Shown: positions 48,252-58,461 of the stretch, piece by piece | How positions within the stretch are numbered: the stretch's first letter is position 1 | How the letters are laid out: each line of letters starts with the position of its first letter | Source: Candidatus Uhrbacteria bacterium | GTDB taxonomy: Bacteria; Patescibacteriota; Patescibacteriia; UBA9934 | NCBI GenBank assembly: GCA_943354605.1 | Contig: CALRCK010000003.1 | Span: 85,609 to 149,608 of the forward strand | Length of the DNA stretch: 64,000 nucleotides | Direction of reading: 5' to 3' | Program-made: the position numbers and the translations under genes | The notes under the pieces: model-generated | Seen by the model: the letters and a program-made list of their open reading frames with translations, nothing else | Databases searched by the model: none | What the model was told of the DNA's origin: nothing

Positions 48252-48677
48252 ATGGAGATTGCCATCCGTCGTTTACATCCAGATGTTCCCCTTCCAGAAT
48301 ACAAAACGTCTGGCGCCGTGGCGTTTGATATTGCGGTCGTGGAAGGAAGAACCGTCGCGCCGAATGAACGCGTGATGTTTCGCACTGGCCTCGTCATCGC
48401 TATTCCAAGCGATCACGTCCTCATCCTTGCGCCACGATCGAGCAACGCAAAAAAAGGCATTCGCCTTGCCAACGGCATCGGCATCATCGACCCTGACTAC
48501 TGCGGACCAAACGACGAGCTCAAACTCATGCTCCACAATATTGGAGACGAACCATACACCGTGGAAGCCAGCGAACGGATTGCTCAAGGCATGTTCATTC
48601 CCATCACTCGGGCGCAATTTGTGGAGCCAGCAGATTGGCTCGCCGTTGACCGCGGTGGATTCGGAACGACCGGATAA
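48252..48677 (+). CDS. dut: dUTP diphosphatase
   Basis: PRSS, GIIDPDY.G, ERIAQ, RGGFGTTG. Confidence 0.95.
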   Translation: MEIAIRRLHPDVPLPEYKTSGAVAFDIAVVEGRTVAPNERVMFRTGLVIAIPSDHVLILAPRSSNAKKGIRLANGIGIIDPDYCGPNDELKLMLHNIGDEPYTVEASERIAQGMFIPITRAQFVEPADWLAVDRGGFGTTG

Positions 48678-48709
48678 TCCTGATATACTTGGCACATCAT
48701 TCCGTGTTT

Positions 48710-48736
48710 GAGGCGGCCCAACGGGCACGTCTCTAC
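48710..48736 (-). repeat. GTAG-type REP-like palindrome
   Basis: Minus strand GTAGAGACGTGCCCGTTGGGCCGCCTC; related to 53487-53512. Confidence 0.7.
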
Positions 48737-48742
48737 AAAAAT

Positions 48743-49630
48743 ATGGCAAAACTCATCACCATCGGTTCGCTCATCGACCGCACCGTCGAACACTTCCGCC
48801 TCCATTTCAAAGAACTCATCGGCATCAGCCTGTGGATTGTGGTTGCCGCAATGCCGTTCTTATTCTCCGGATACCTCGCGCCGTTTGGCGTGGACGAATT
48901 CACACCAAAAGGTGAAGTCATCACGTACATGATTGTGAACGTGCTCGGCGTCATCACTACAACGCTGGCGAGCTTATGGATTGGCATTTGCCTCATTCTC
49001 ACCATTGATGCGCGAGCTCAAGGAAAAACCCCGGATCACGTTGCCCTCGGAAAGCGATCATGGAAATTCATGCTGTCGTTTTTTGTTCTTTCCGCAATCA
49101 TCGCCATTGGGCTCAGCGCCGCGTCCGTCGTATTCATTATTCCAAGCATTCTCGTTATACTCTTTAACCACCTTCCTGGTACCGCCGGAGCCGTGCTCGG
49201 CGGCACAGGAGTTCTCTTGCTCTTTGCCGGCATTGCCATGGCAATGTACACGCTGATTCGCTACAGCGTGGAGCTCGCATTTGCACAATATCACCTTCTG
49301 CTCGACAATGAGCCAGCGCCATTCTCGTTCAAGACGCTCCGAAAATCTCTCAACGCATCTCGTGCATCCGTCAAAGGGGCATGGTGGCCAATCGCCATTC
49401 GTCTCTTTGTCCCAAACGCCATCATTTCGCTCATCGTGGTTGGATTCACGATGACGACAAATCTTGCAACAACCATCTTAATCTCCTTTGCGGCGGCGGC
49501 ACTCTCCCCGCTTGCCATTACACTCATTTCCGTCGCACTCACGTTAAGCGTGTTCATCGTCAACGCTGTGGTGCTGCCACTCTACAGCCTGACGACGTAC
49601 TACCTCTATGACAGCGTCAGCAAGCGATAA
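48743..49630 (+). CDS. Multi-pass membrane protein
   Basis: About 6 TM helices; SL..S...VKG.WW motif; resembles the next gene. Confidence 0.75.
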   Translation: MAKLITIGSLIDRTVEHFRLHFKELIGISLWIVVAAMPFLFSGYLAPFGVDEFTPKGEVITYMIVNVLGVITTTLASLWIGICLILTIDARAQGKTPDHVALGKRSWKFMLSFFVLSAIIAIGLSAASVVFIIPSILVILFNHLPGTAGAVLGGTGVLLLFAGIAMAMYTLIRYSVELAFAQYHLLLDNEPAPFSFKTLRKSLNASRASVKGAWWPIAIRLFVPNAIISLIVVGFTMTTNLATTILISFAAAALSPLAITLISVALTLSVFIVNAVVLPLYSLTTYYLYDSVSKR

Positions 49631-50387
49631 CACTCCAAGCAAGAAGGAAGAGAAGCCGAATGTCGCAGAACTTCCGAGCGCTTTCGACATTCTTCTCTAC
49701 AGCCTCACGCTGACGAAACGACATGCAGGAGATGCGTATGGTTTTACTGCATACCTCCTCTTTCCGCTGATTCTTTCGTTTGGTGTGCGTGGAATTTCCG
49801 GAAACCTCGGCATCGTGGCAGAAAGCACCGTGAACATTCTTTCTCTCGCGCTATCGTGCTGGGCCGCCGCCGCAATCAGTACGTTGATCAGTCTCAAGAC
49901 CGCGCACCCAAAAAAGGATCATGATCCCCGAAGCATCGGCAACCACGCCGCAAGCGTTTTGGGCACACTTCTTCTGGCGTCGCTCCTTTCCGGAATCATT
50001 CAAGCAGCGGGATACTTCCTCCTCATTATTCCAGGAATTTTCGCATCAATTCTTTTTGCATTCACGCTTGAGGAAGTTGTGCTCCGTGGCCATGGACCAA
50101 TCTCCGCGCTCGCAGCATCGAAGGCCCGCGTTCAGCACCACATTGCTGCGGTTGGCTGGAGACTTTTCGCTATTGTTGCAGCGTTCTTAACGGTGTATTT
50201 CGTCCTTGGTGCCGTCGTCATCCTTATTGGATCGTTTGCAACCGGTATCAGCCCAGCAGCGCTTGCGATCAACGGCGTTCCGTTGTGGGTGGACGCAATC
50301 CTCGTTGTGCTCCAGATCGGCCTTTTGCCACCGGTCGTCATTGCCCATACGGTGCTTTACCTGTCTACGAGTCCTACGGTAGAGTAG
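49608..50387 (+). CDS. Multi-pass membrane protein (probable paralog of previous)
   Basis: LLIIPGI...F....VVL....I.AL..S motif. Confidence 0.75.
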   Translation: MTASASDNTPSKKEEKPNVAELPSAFDILLYSLTLTKRHAGDAYGFTAYLLFPLILSFGVRGISGNLGIVAESTVNILSLALSCWAAAAISTLISLKTAHPKKDHDPRSIGNHAASVLGTLLLASLLSGIIQAAGYFLLIIPGIFASILFAFTLEEVVLRGHGPISALAASKARVQHHIAAVGWRLFAIVAAFLTVYFVLGAVVILIGSFATGISPAALAINGVPLWVDAILVVLQIGLLPPVVIAHTVLYLSTSPTVE

Positions 50388-50391
50388 AAGC

Positions 50392-50514
50392 CGAACGCTC
50401 CTATTTGGCCCATTTTGGCCTTACGGGACCCCAACAACTCCTCACCGTACGGTGCAGTACGCCTCGTCGTTGTTTTCCCCGTGCGCCCAAACTGGTCACA
50501 AATATGAACGTTCG
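50392..50514. repeat. Family D hairpin element, copy 6 (6 nt upstream of gatB)
   Basis: CGAACG.TCCTATTTGGCCCATTTTGG...CGTAC..GTACGCCTCG...CAAATATGAACGTTCG; arms nearly identical to copy 2. Confidence 0.85.
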
Positions 50515-50520
50515 CATCGT

Positions 50521-51996
50521 ATGATTCTCCAACCCGTCATCGGCCTAGAAACCCACGTTGAGCTCAGCACCAAAACCAAGATGTTTTGTGGCTGCAATGC
50601 TCACGACGAAGGCGCGCTTCCCAATACGCACGTCTGCCCTGTGTGCACCGGCCATCCGGGTACACTTCCTGTTCCAAATGCTGCAGCATTACGCTTTGCT
50701 GTGTTGCTTGGCCTTGCGTTGAACGGCACCATCACTGAGCATTCCAAATTCGATCGGAAGCACTACTTCTATCCCGATCTTCCCAAGGCGTACCAAATTT
50801 CGCAGTTCGATCTTCCGGTCATGCAGCACGGGGAGCTTGTCATTGATGTACCAGGCGAAGGTGCCGTGCGCATTGGTATTGAGCGCATGCACCTCGAAGA
50901 AGACTCCGCGAAAAACATTCACGGTGACGATGGAAAGACGTACGTCGATTTCAACCGTTCGAGCGTTCCACTTTGCGAGATCGTCACAAAGCCGGATTTC
51001 CGAAATTCCGCACAAGCAAAAGCGTATGTGCAGGAAATGCGTCTGCTCGTTCGGACGCTCGGCATTTCTGAAGGCGATCTTGAACGTGGACATTTGCGAT
51101 GCGACGTCAATGTCTCGTTACGTGAAGTCGACGGCAACGGCTTGCCGATCGGCCCAATGAATCCAAAAACCGAAATCAAGAACATCAATTCCTTCCGCGC
51201 CATCGAACGCGCAATTGATTACGAAATCGCGCGCCAAACCGCATTGTGGGAAGCAGGAACGCCGCCGATGATTACCACAACACGCGGCTGGAACGACGCG
51301 ACGCAGACCACCGATGCTCAGCGCACCAAAGAAGACTCTGCGGATTATCGCTATTTCCCAGAACCAGATATTCCGCCACTGGACTTGCGCGAACTTGTTG
51401 TTGATCTCAAACGAAACCTTCCCGAACTTCCTCGAGCAAAACGCGCACGATTTGTTGAGGAATACGGATTCAAGCCAGACGTCGCGAAGCAAATTGTGGA
51501 CGATGCTGCACTCGCAGCATTCACCGAGGCAACGATCAGCGAGCTTCGAGCCGAACTTGGATCATCCGCAAAAGACATCGATCTCGCAAAACTCGTCGGC
51601 AGTTGGATTCTCACAAAGTTCGCGAGCGTTCTTGCAAACGAGGGGCACGCAATCGCGGACGTCAAAACAACGCCGGAACGATTCGCAGAATTCCTTGCAC
51701 TCATCGCGAACGGAAACCTGACCGCGCAAAAGGGGCTCGAAGTCCTTTCACAAATGGAGTTCCGCAATCTTGAAGTCTCCGAAGCAATGGAGGTTGTTGG
51801 TGCGCTATCCATCGACGATTCGTCCGTTATCGACTCCATCGTCGCCGATGTGCTCGAGAAGAATGTTTCAGAAGTTACACGATACAAAAACGGGGAGGAA
51901 AAACTTTTTGCCTTCCTTCTCGGTCAAGTGATGAAAGCCGCCAAAGGCAACGCCGATCCACAATCTGCGACTGAAGCACTGAAAAAGGCCTTATAG
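50521..51996 (+). CDS. gatB: Asp/Glu-tRNA amidotransferase subunit B
   Basis: IGLETHVEL, RKHYFYPDLPK, HLEED, YRYFPEPD. Confidence 0.97.
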   Translation: MILQPVIGLETHVELSTKTKMFCGCNAHDEGALPNTHVCPVCTGHPGTLPVPNAAALRFAVLLGLALNGTITEHSKFDRKHYFYPDLPKAYQISQFDLPVMQHGELVIDVPGEGAVRIGIERMHLEEDSAKNIHGDDGKTYVDFNRSSVPLCEIVTKPDFRNSAQAKAYVQEMRLLVRTLGISEGDLERGHLRCDVNVSLREVDGNGLPIGPMNPKTEIKNINSFRAIERAIDYEIARQTALWEAGTPPMITTTRGWNDATQTTDAQRTKEDSADYRYFPEPDIPPLDLRELVVDLKRNLPELPRAKRARFVEEYGFKPDVAKQIVDDAALAAFTEATISELRAELGSSAKDIDLAKLVGSWILTKFASVLANEGHAIADVKTTPERFAEFLALIANGNLTAQKGLEVLSQMEFRNLEVSEAMEVVGALSIDDSSVIDSIVADVLEKNVSEVTRYKNGEEKLFAFLLGQVMKAAKGNADPQSATEALKKAL

Positions 51997-52695
51997 GCCT
52001 TTTTCTTTGTTGAGAATTCCGCTCATCTCACGGTCGATTTCTCTGATTGCCGCAGCGACCTCGCGTTTTCGTCCAAACTGCCAAAATGATAATTTCGATG
52101 CTTCGTTTATGAGTCTTATGCGTTCAGCATGCAGGACGGCTTTTCGCGGTCGTTCCATTTTTCCTGCAAGTGCTGGGGCCAGCGTCTCACCGATCCTCTG
52201 CCGTGCTTCCGCAACAACATCCGCTCGCGGAACCGATTTTGCCTGATTCGGAAGCATCGCTTCCATTTCCATGTCGAGCATGTCGCGCTGTCTTCGCGTT
52301 TCCTCGATGTCACGATCAAACGCTGCAAGTCGATCACGACCAGATTTGGAAAACCGCACAAACATTCCATCAGCATGTTTTCGTGCGACGCGAAGGTCTC
52401 GCAATTGAATATTCAGCGCATCGCGTGTTGCCGCAAGAACCGCGGGCTGAACCGAAAGCGATTCCGGTCCACGAAGTTCATTTTTTGTTCTCTGCACACG
52501 AACGTCCTCAGCACTTGCGCGATCTTTTGAACGGAATGTTGTTTCGCCCGACTGCCCTTCAATTTCATTTGGCGGCAACATTGGTGCACCGGCGGTGTCG
52601 TCAGTAGGTTCAACGATGCGTTCTGGAATGTACGGCAGCTCAATACGAGGCCGATGTTCCACGTCGTGCATCTCGTCCATTCGTCCGTCAACCAT
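51991..52695 (-). CDS. Hypothetical charged helical protein
   Basis: Open frame between gatB and miaA; start uncertain. Confidence 0.6.
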   Translation of the reverse strand: MVDGRMDEMHDVEHRPRIELPYIPERIVEPTDDTAGAPMLPPNEIEGQSGETTFRSKDRASAEDVRVQRTKNELRGPESLSVQPAVLAATRDALNIQLRDLRVARKHADGMFVRFSKSGRDRLAAFDRDIEETRRQRDMLDMEMEAMLPNQAKSVPRADVVAEARQRIGETLAPALAGKMERPRKAVLHAERIRLINEASKLSFWQFGRKREVAAAIREIDREMSGILNKEKGL

Positions 52696-52706
52696 ACAAT
52701 CAAGCA

Positions 52707-53681
52707 TTAGCGCTTGAGGAAATTGTCTGCTACTTTTCGCGCCTCGTCGACGCCACTTACCCACAGAACGCGGAGATCCTTTTGAAACCACGTTTCCTGA
52801 CGTTTGGCGTAATGATGACTATCGTATTTGATGCGCAGCACGGCGTCGCGAAGCTGTTCCTTCTTTTGGAAAAAATCCACAATTTGCCGATAACCGATGC
52901 CCGTCATGCCCGGACAATCGTCGCCGTACTGATCCCGAAGTTTACGGACCTCGTCGACCAACCCCTTGCCGATCATCTCGTCCACGCGGAGATCGATCGC
53001 AGCGTAGAGTTCCTCGCGAGGTTTCGTGACACCAATCTGAAGAGCGTCATACATCGGGTCTGCGAATTCCTGACGATCCGCAAGCGTCTTTCCCGTTGTT
53101 CTGAGAATTTCGAGTGCACGAACCAAACGCCGACGGTTCCGGTCGTCGATGGTGGACGCAGTGTCGGGATCGCGCGATGCAATTTCCTCAAGCAACTCGT
53201 TGTCCGTCATCGCCTCAAGCTCCAATCGGAGCGCAGCATCAGGCTCGGTATTTGCGTAGTTTGGCCGATCAAGAACCGCACGAATGTACATGCCGGTTCC
53301 ACCGACGAGAATTGGTACGTGACCGCGTCCGAGGATTTCGGAAATCTTTTGGTCTGCGTATTCCTGGAATTGCGAAACCGTAAAGACTTCGTCGGGATTC
53401 ACCAAATCGATTCCCCAGTGCGGGACGCCTTCGACGAGACGGGGGCGGTCGGCGAAGAGCATGTCGATGTGATTCGATTCAAGTTCGAGACGGCCCGCCG
53501 GGCCGTCTCTACGATCCGCAGCCGGCTTCGCCGTGCCAATATCCATCCCGATGTAGACGGTTCGGCTATCTGCACAGATCACTTCCCCGCCAAAACGCTT
53601 GGCCAACGCAAGGCCAATCCCTGTTTTTCCGGAACACGTCGGACCAACAACCGCAAGGATTTTCGGCAGTTTTCGTTCCAT
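52707..53681 (-). CDS. miaA: tRNA dimethylallyltransferase
   Basis: GPTCSGKT, DSR.VY.GMDIGTAK, VGGTGMY, GIGY, YAKRQ.TW. Confidence 0.97.
   Translation of the reverse strand: MERKLPKILAVVGPTCSGKTGIGLALAKRFGGEVICADSRTVYIGMDIGTAKPAADRRDGPAGRLELESNHIDMLFADRPRLVEGVPHWGIDLVNPDEVFTVSQFQEYADQKISEILGRGHVPILVGGTGMYIRAVLDRPNYANTEPDAALRLELEAMTDNELLEEIASRDPDTASTIDDRNRRRLVRALEILRTTGKTLADRQEFADPMYDALQIGVTKPREELYAAIDLRVDEMIGKGLVDEVRKLRDQYGDDCPGMTGIGYRQIVDFFQKKEQLRDAVLRIKYDSHHYAKRQETWFQKDLRVLWVSGVDEARKVADNFLKR
53487..53512 (-). repeat. GTAG-type REP-like palindrome, in-frame within miaA
   Basis: Minus strand GTAGAGACGGCCCGGCGGGCCGTCTC; translated as part of RRDGPAGRL. Confidence 0.75.
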
Positions 53682-53822
53682 ATTGCCCAATCCTATCACC
53701 TTTCCGCCGGACGATCTATGGAACCGCCAGCTCTTGTGTTCTATACTTTTTTCTGCTAAGGTCAGCTGTTTCTCGCCGCGCCTTTTGTGCGACGGGATTC
53801 GCCCCACCACCCGGAAGGAGCC

Positions 53823-54140
53823 ATGTATTCATCACGACAACCCGACCCGCGTTCCCCCTTCGCCGGCGGACAACCGACACTTCGTCTCGTCATCGCCGAC
53901 ACGGAGGACGAACCCCAGTCGAACGACAGCGACACCGGCGCAGCGCCGGATGCCTCGGCCGTCGATGCACAGTCTGTGCACGACGACGCGAAGATCATCG
54001 CCAGCGACCATCGTCCGCTCCCGATCCGTGTCCTGTCGCGGATCATCAGCGGTATCCGTACCGCCGGAATGGCCTGGCGCATGTTCCGATCCATCCCCTC
54101 GGAGATCAGCGCGGCCTGGCGCAACGCCACGACTGCGTAG
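53823..54140 (+). CDS. Hypothetical protein (GC-rich orphan)
   Basis: GGAAGGAGCC SD + ATG; hairpin terminator at ~54185-54205. Confidence 0.55.
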   Translation: MYSSRQPDPRSPFAGGQPTLRLVIADTEDEPQSNDSDTGAAPDASAVDAQSVHDDAKIIASDHRPLPIRVLSRIISGIRTAGMAWRMFRSIPSEISAAWRNATTA

Positions 54141-54285
54141 AACGGGGCGAATCGAACCGACAACGAAGACCGCACCACGACGAACCCCAGCCTTCACGGG
54201 CTGGGCGTTTGCGTTGTGCACAGATTTTCAACGAAATATATGCATTCTTGATACAATGATGGGGTATTTATTTTTGAACACGCTT

Positions 54286-56217
54286 ATGTCTAAAGGAAGA
54301 GAAGGAATTGGACGTATGAGTCCAGATAGCGACGGAGAAACTTCAGAGCCAGCAGCTCAGGAAGCCGTCGCAAAGGAAGTGCCAAAGGTAAAGCTAGACA
54401 ATCTCATGGGCAGAGTGAAAACCGCGAAAGAATACAACCGAATCAACGCAGCGGAAAAGAGTACACTCGAAAACCGACACGAAACCACACCAAGCGGCCG
54501 GCTTGAACGAATCGCCGAAGAAGCCGATGCGCGCGCGCAAGAAAAACTCGTTGCACAAAACACCGGTCTCTTTAACCGCCTTTCAAACGTCGCAAAGCGC
54601 GGCTGGGAAGTGGTAAAGGGACTTGGTAAAATCTTCAGTTTCGTTCATGAAGACGTTATCCTCCCAATTAAAGATGCGCTTTCAGATATCGTCAGCGGAC
54701 GAAAAGAAAGCGGCGAAGCGGTTGGAGAAGTCGCGCAACGCATCGACACTCTGCAGAACCAAATTGCAACAGCGAGCCCCGAAGCTCGCGGCGCGCTCGA
54801 GCAACAGCTCGCTGAAGCACAAGATGAAATGGCCGAGCTCCGTGATCCGCATAATGCAGCACGCGAACGTGCAGCACGCGAAAAGGCACAAGAGAAGGCG
54901 GAGCAGATCGAAGGAAAGGCATTCATGAAGAGCGAAGAGGAGCGAATGAAGGCAGAGAAGCTTGCCGCAGACGTTGCAGCCGCAAAAGAACGGCACCGAG
55001 AAAAACTCGAACGCGAGGCAATGGAGCGCGATGCTCGCATGAACCTTGGCCGTGGAGCAGCGATGCTCATCGTGAAGGCCGCAGGTGAGGATCCAGAAAA
55101 GATGTCGCTTTCCGAAGGCGAAATGCTTGCAATTGGCGCAGTGATTGAAGGCGCGAAAGCTGCAATCAAAATGCCAGAAACGCTCAAAGCTGGCGCAGAA
55201 CGCGTAAAGGCCGGCGTTGAGGGATACATCGACGACGAAAAGGCAAAAGCAAGAGCAGCCTGGGAACTTACTCGTGGTGCAGCGCGAGGCCTCGTACTCG
55301 CTGACGACATGGGAGAGATGTATGATAATTTGAAAGACGCAAAGGACGCTGCAAAGAAAACGATCGGTGCAAGCCTCTCGCTAACCGCATCAGCGCTCAG
55401 AAATGAACCAGTCCGCGCAGAAATTCTCGAAGCACTTGGAATGCAACCCGACGAGGGGTCAGGGAATGCGCGCGAAATCCTCAAGACTTCTCTTAAAAAC
55501 GGTGCGTTGTTTGCTCCAAGACTCCTGGGGGCAGCAGCGAGACAGGTATACGGCGGCGTTCGCGACAGCGAAGTGGTAAAAGACTACACCCCAGCGGCTC
55601 GCAAAGTCGGGCGTGGTTTAAAGTATGGCGCGCTTGGCGTTGGCGCGCTCGTCGCTTCCCCAATTCTCCTCCCAGGAGCGGGAATCTATTTTGGCGGTAA
55701 AGCAGCAAAACGCGGATATGAAGCAGGAAAGGCTGCCGCGGGCCGCGGTTATGACGCACTCGAAAGCGCTGCAGCCCGAAAGCTCATGGAAGTCGCACCA
55801 GTAATTGGAGAAGCCATTGGGCCAGTTCTTGAGGACACCGCACGATTCATCAATAACGCAAGAAATGCACCGGCAGACGCGAGAAAGGAATTGGGAAAGA
55901 TTGGCGAGGATCTCAACGCGGTCCTTTTGAGCACGGCCGAGGACATCAATACCGGCACTCGTAAAGCCGCAGAAGCATACGCCACATTTGCGGCAAGATT
56001 GAACGCCATAAAATCCGCAGCAGTGACTATCTTCAATCGGCTTGAGGCAGAAGCAATCGGTGAGGCCGCAAAAGCAAAGCATCCTGAAGTCGTGCAAGGA
56101 ATCGAAAGCGCGGAAGACGCGCTCGAAGAGCTCGAGCTTGATGAAGAAGTAAAACTCGAGACCAATCCTTACACAGCACCAACACCGCGTATCACAAGAG
56201 AAGGAAACGCCGCATAA
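54286..56217 (+). CDS. Large Ala/Glu/Lys-rich coiled-coil protein with a Gly-rich hydrophobic segment
   Basis: 643 aa from MSKGREG; contains YGALGVGALVASPILLPGAGIYFGG. Confidence 0.75.
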   Translation: MSKGREGIGRMSPDSDGETSEPAAQEAVAKEVPKVKLDNLMGRVKTAKEYNRINAAEKSTLENRHETTPSGRLERIAEEADARAQEKLVAQNTGLFNRLSNVAKRGWEVVKGLGKIFSFVHEDVILPIKDALSDIVSGRKESGEAVGEVAQRIDTLQNQIATASPEARGALEQQLAEAQDEMAELRDPHNAARERAAREKAQEKAEQIEGKAFMKSEEERMKAEKLAADVAAAKERHREKLEREAMERDARMNLGRGAAMLIVKAAGEDPEKMSLSEGEMLAIGAVIEGAKAAIKMPETLKAGAERVKAGVEGYIDDEKAKARAAWELTRGAARGLVLADDMGEMYDNLKDAKDAAKKTIGASLSLTASALRNEPVRAEILEALGMQPDEGSGNAREILKTSLKNGALFAPRLLGAAARQVYGGVRDSEVVKDYTPAARKVGRGLKYGALGVGALVASPILLPGAGIYFGGKAAKRGYEAGKAAAGRGYDALESAAARKLMEVAPVIGEAIGPVLEDTARFINNARNAPADARKELGKIGEDLNAVLLSTAEDINTGTRKAAEAYATFAARLNAIKSAAVTIFNRLEAEAIGEAAKAKHPEVVQGIESAEDALEELELDEEVKLETNPYTAPTPRITREGNAA

Positions 56218-56226
56218 GCCCAACCT

Positions 56227-56580
56227 ATGTCTTTGCAAACCATTGTCAGCAGTTCACCACTTTCACAAGAGGAAAAGGACTTCCTATTGCAACGCCTGGA
56301 AATGGAGGGCGCAACGCCAGACGTTGTCGCGTCCATCAAGGCGGCGTTGCAGGAATACATCGATGCTGGGTTTAAAACGCTCGGCGTCGAGCTTGATCCG
56401 AACGACCCAAAGGTTCAAGCAGCACAGCAGCAATTCAATGAAGACGTTGCAACGGCAGAAGCTGAGTATAATGAGGAAATGGAAAACATCACCATCGACG
56501 CTGCTGTTGCGCAAGCAAAAGCGAACAAGGCGATCGACGGCATACAGGCAGGCGCGATCAAAACGCAAATGGCAATGTAA
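56227..56580 (+). CDS. Small acidic helical hypothetical protein
   Basis: Starts 9 nt after the previous stop; terminator at 56585-56620. Confidence 0.7.
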   Translation: MSLQTIVSSSPLSQEEKDFLLQRLEMEGATPDVVASIKAALQEYIDAGFKTLGVELDPNDPKVQAAQQQFNEDVATAEAEYNEEMENITIDAAVAQAKANKAIDGIQAGAIKTQMAM

Positions 56581-56660
56581 GAATAAAAAACACACGGCTC
56601 AATTGAGCCGTGTGTTTTTTAGATCGAAACTAACGAAGTTCGTAACAAACTACGCTTAGC

Positions 56661-58403
56661 TTACACCGGCAACTTTCCTGCTTCAACTGCGCGATTTACG
56701 ATCTCGGACTGCGGAATAACGAGCGCGTCGTCGCTTCCGAAGACTTTCACTTGAATATCTCCCCCGTCGCGCTCCTTTGCGCCAACCACGATGGTCCATG
56801 GCACTTTGTTCATTGCGGCATCGCGAATCTTCTTCCCCACTTTCTCCGGCGCATCGTCCAGCATCACACGAATACCGGCGGATTCGAGACTCACTTTCAT
56901 CGCCTTCGCGGTGTCGATAAATTCATCGGCGACCGTCGCAATACGCACCTGCTCTGGTGCAAGCCACATGGGGAAAGCGCCAGCGAAGTGCTCGATCATC
57001 ACGCCAATGAATCGCTCCAGGGATCCAAGAATCGCGCGGTGAATCATCACCGGGCGCTGTTTCTCGTTCTCGGAATCCGTGTATTCAAGCTCGAACCGCT
57101 CTGGAAGATTAAAGTCGAGCTGAATCGTCGCCAACTGCCATTCGCGGCCAATCGCGTCTGTGGCAATAAAGTCGATCTTTGGTCCGTAGAACGCCGCCTC
57201 ACCAACACCGAGGAAGTAGTCCTGGTTCATGTCGGCAAGCAACTCTTTCAACGTTCCAACCGCCTTTTCCCAAACCTCTGCACCACCAAGATATGCTTCC
57301 GGCCTTGCAGGATCGTTCACCGAGAGCCGAGCCTTGAGCGGCATCTGGAATGCTTCGTAGAACTTTGTAATGATGTTCGCAATTGCACGAGCCTCGTCCT
57401 TCACTTGATCGAGCCGGCAGAACACGTGTGCGTCGTCCTGAGTGATCGATCGAACGCGCGACAATCCTTGAAGCTGGCCCGTGTTCTCGTCGCGATACAC
57501 GGTGGTCACCTCGCTATAACGAAGTGGCAAATCACGATAGCTTCGACCGCGTGAGGCGAAGATTTGCGTGTGATGCGGACAGTTCATGGGCTTGAGCACG
57601 AACGCATCGTCGGTCTTTTTGCTCGACACGTGGAAGATATCATCCGCAAACTTATCCCAGTGTCCGCTGGTCTTGTACAAATCGCTCTTCGCCATGTGCG
57701 GAATGTTCACCTTGGTGTATCCGTACGGCTTCATAAGCGCCCAGACGAATGCGACGAGTTGCTCGCGAAGCACAGTGCCGCGAGGCGTGAACAGCGGAAG
57801 TCCCGGACCAACAAGTGGAGAAAATGCGAAGAGATCGAGTTCAACACCGAGTTTCCGATGATCGCGTTTCTTTGCTTCTTCCAACATCGCGAGATATGCA
57901 TCGCGCTCTGCCTTTGTAGGAAATGCAATGCCGTAAATGCGGGTAAGCTGATCATTATGCTCGTCACCACGCCAATACGCACCAGCAAGCTTTGTCAGCG
58001 AGAAACATTCTGGGTCGAGTCCGGCGATTCCGTCGGCATGGCCACCCCGACAGAGATCGGAATAGCTTCCGGATGTGTAGAGCGTGAGCGTCTGTCCGTC
58101 GCCAGCAAACTCGTCGATGAGCTCAACTTTGTACTTGTTGTCTGCGAACATCGACCGTGCCTCATCGGCCGTCATCTCCTTCCGATCGAACCGGCTCCAA
58201 TCAGGCATCAGCTCGCGCATCTTCGCCTCAATCCTTGGAAGATCTTCTTCCGAGATTGGCGTGGAAAACGCGAAGTCGTAATAAAAGCCGTCGTCAATGG
58301 CCGGGCCGATCGTGCGCTTCGCATCGGGATAGAGCTCAAGCACTGCTGCGGCAAGCAAATGCGCCAACGAGTGACGGAGATGTTGAAGTTCTTCAGAATT
58401 CAT
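56661..58403 (-). CDS. thrS: Threonine-tRNA ligase (short, no TGS domain)
   Basis: HSLAH, DLCRGGH, RDHRKLG, KPMNCP, AFYGPKID, HRAILGS.ERF. Confidence 0.98.
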   Translation of the reverse strand: MNSEELQHLRHSLAHLLAAAVLELYPDAKRTIGPAIDDGFYYDFAFSTPISEEDLPRIEAKMRELMPDWSRFDRKEMTADEARSMFADNKYKVELIDEFAGDGQTLTLYTSGSYSDLCRGGHADGIAGLDPECFSLTKLAGAYWRGDEHNDQLTRIYGIAFPTKAERDAYLAMLEEAKKRDHRKLGVELDLFAFSPLVGPGLPLFTPRGTVLREQLVAFVWALMKPYGYTKVNIPHMAKSDLYKTSGHWDKFADDIFHVSSKKTDDAFVLKPMNCPHHTQIFASRGRSYRDLPLRYSEVTTVYRDENTGQLQGLSRVRSITQDDAHVFCRLDQVKDEARAIANIITKFYEAFQMPLKARLSVNDPARPEAYLGGAEVWEKAVGTLKELLADMNQDYFLGVGEAAFYGPKIDFIATDAIGREWQLATIQLDFNLPERFELEYTDSENEKQRPVMIHRAILGSLERFIGVMIEHFAGAFPMWLAPEQVRIATVADEFIDTAKAMKVSLESAGIRVMLDDAPEKVGKKIRDAAMNKVPWTIVVGAKERDGGDIQVKVFGSDDALVIPQSEIVNRAVEAGKLPV

Positions 58404-58461
58404 AAAAGAATAGGTCGTATGGGCCCCATTGGACCTATTTTTCAGCAAAAACGCAAGTGGA

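Noticed and set aside
53599-54285. N-terminal extension of the 872-aa ORF, and similar extensions of gyrB, gatB, rpsB and nusG
   Set aside because: The extensions run through other genes, promoters or family D repeats. Downstream ATGs fit better.
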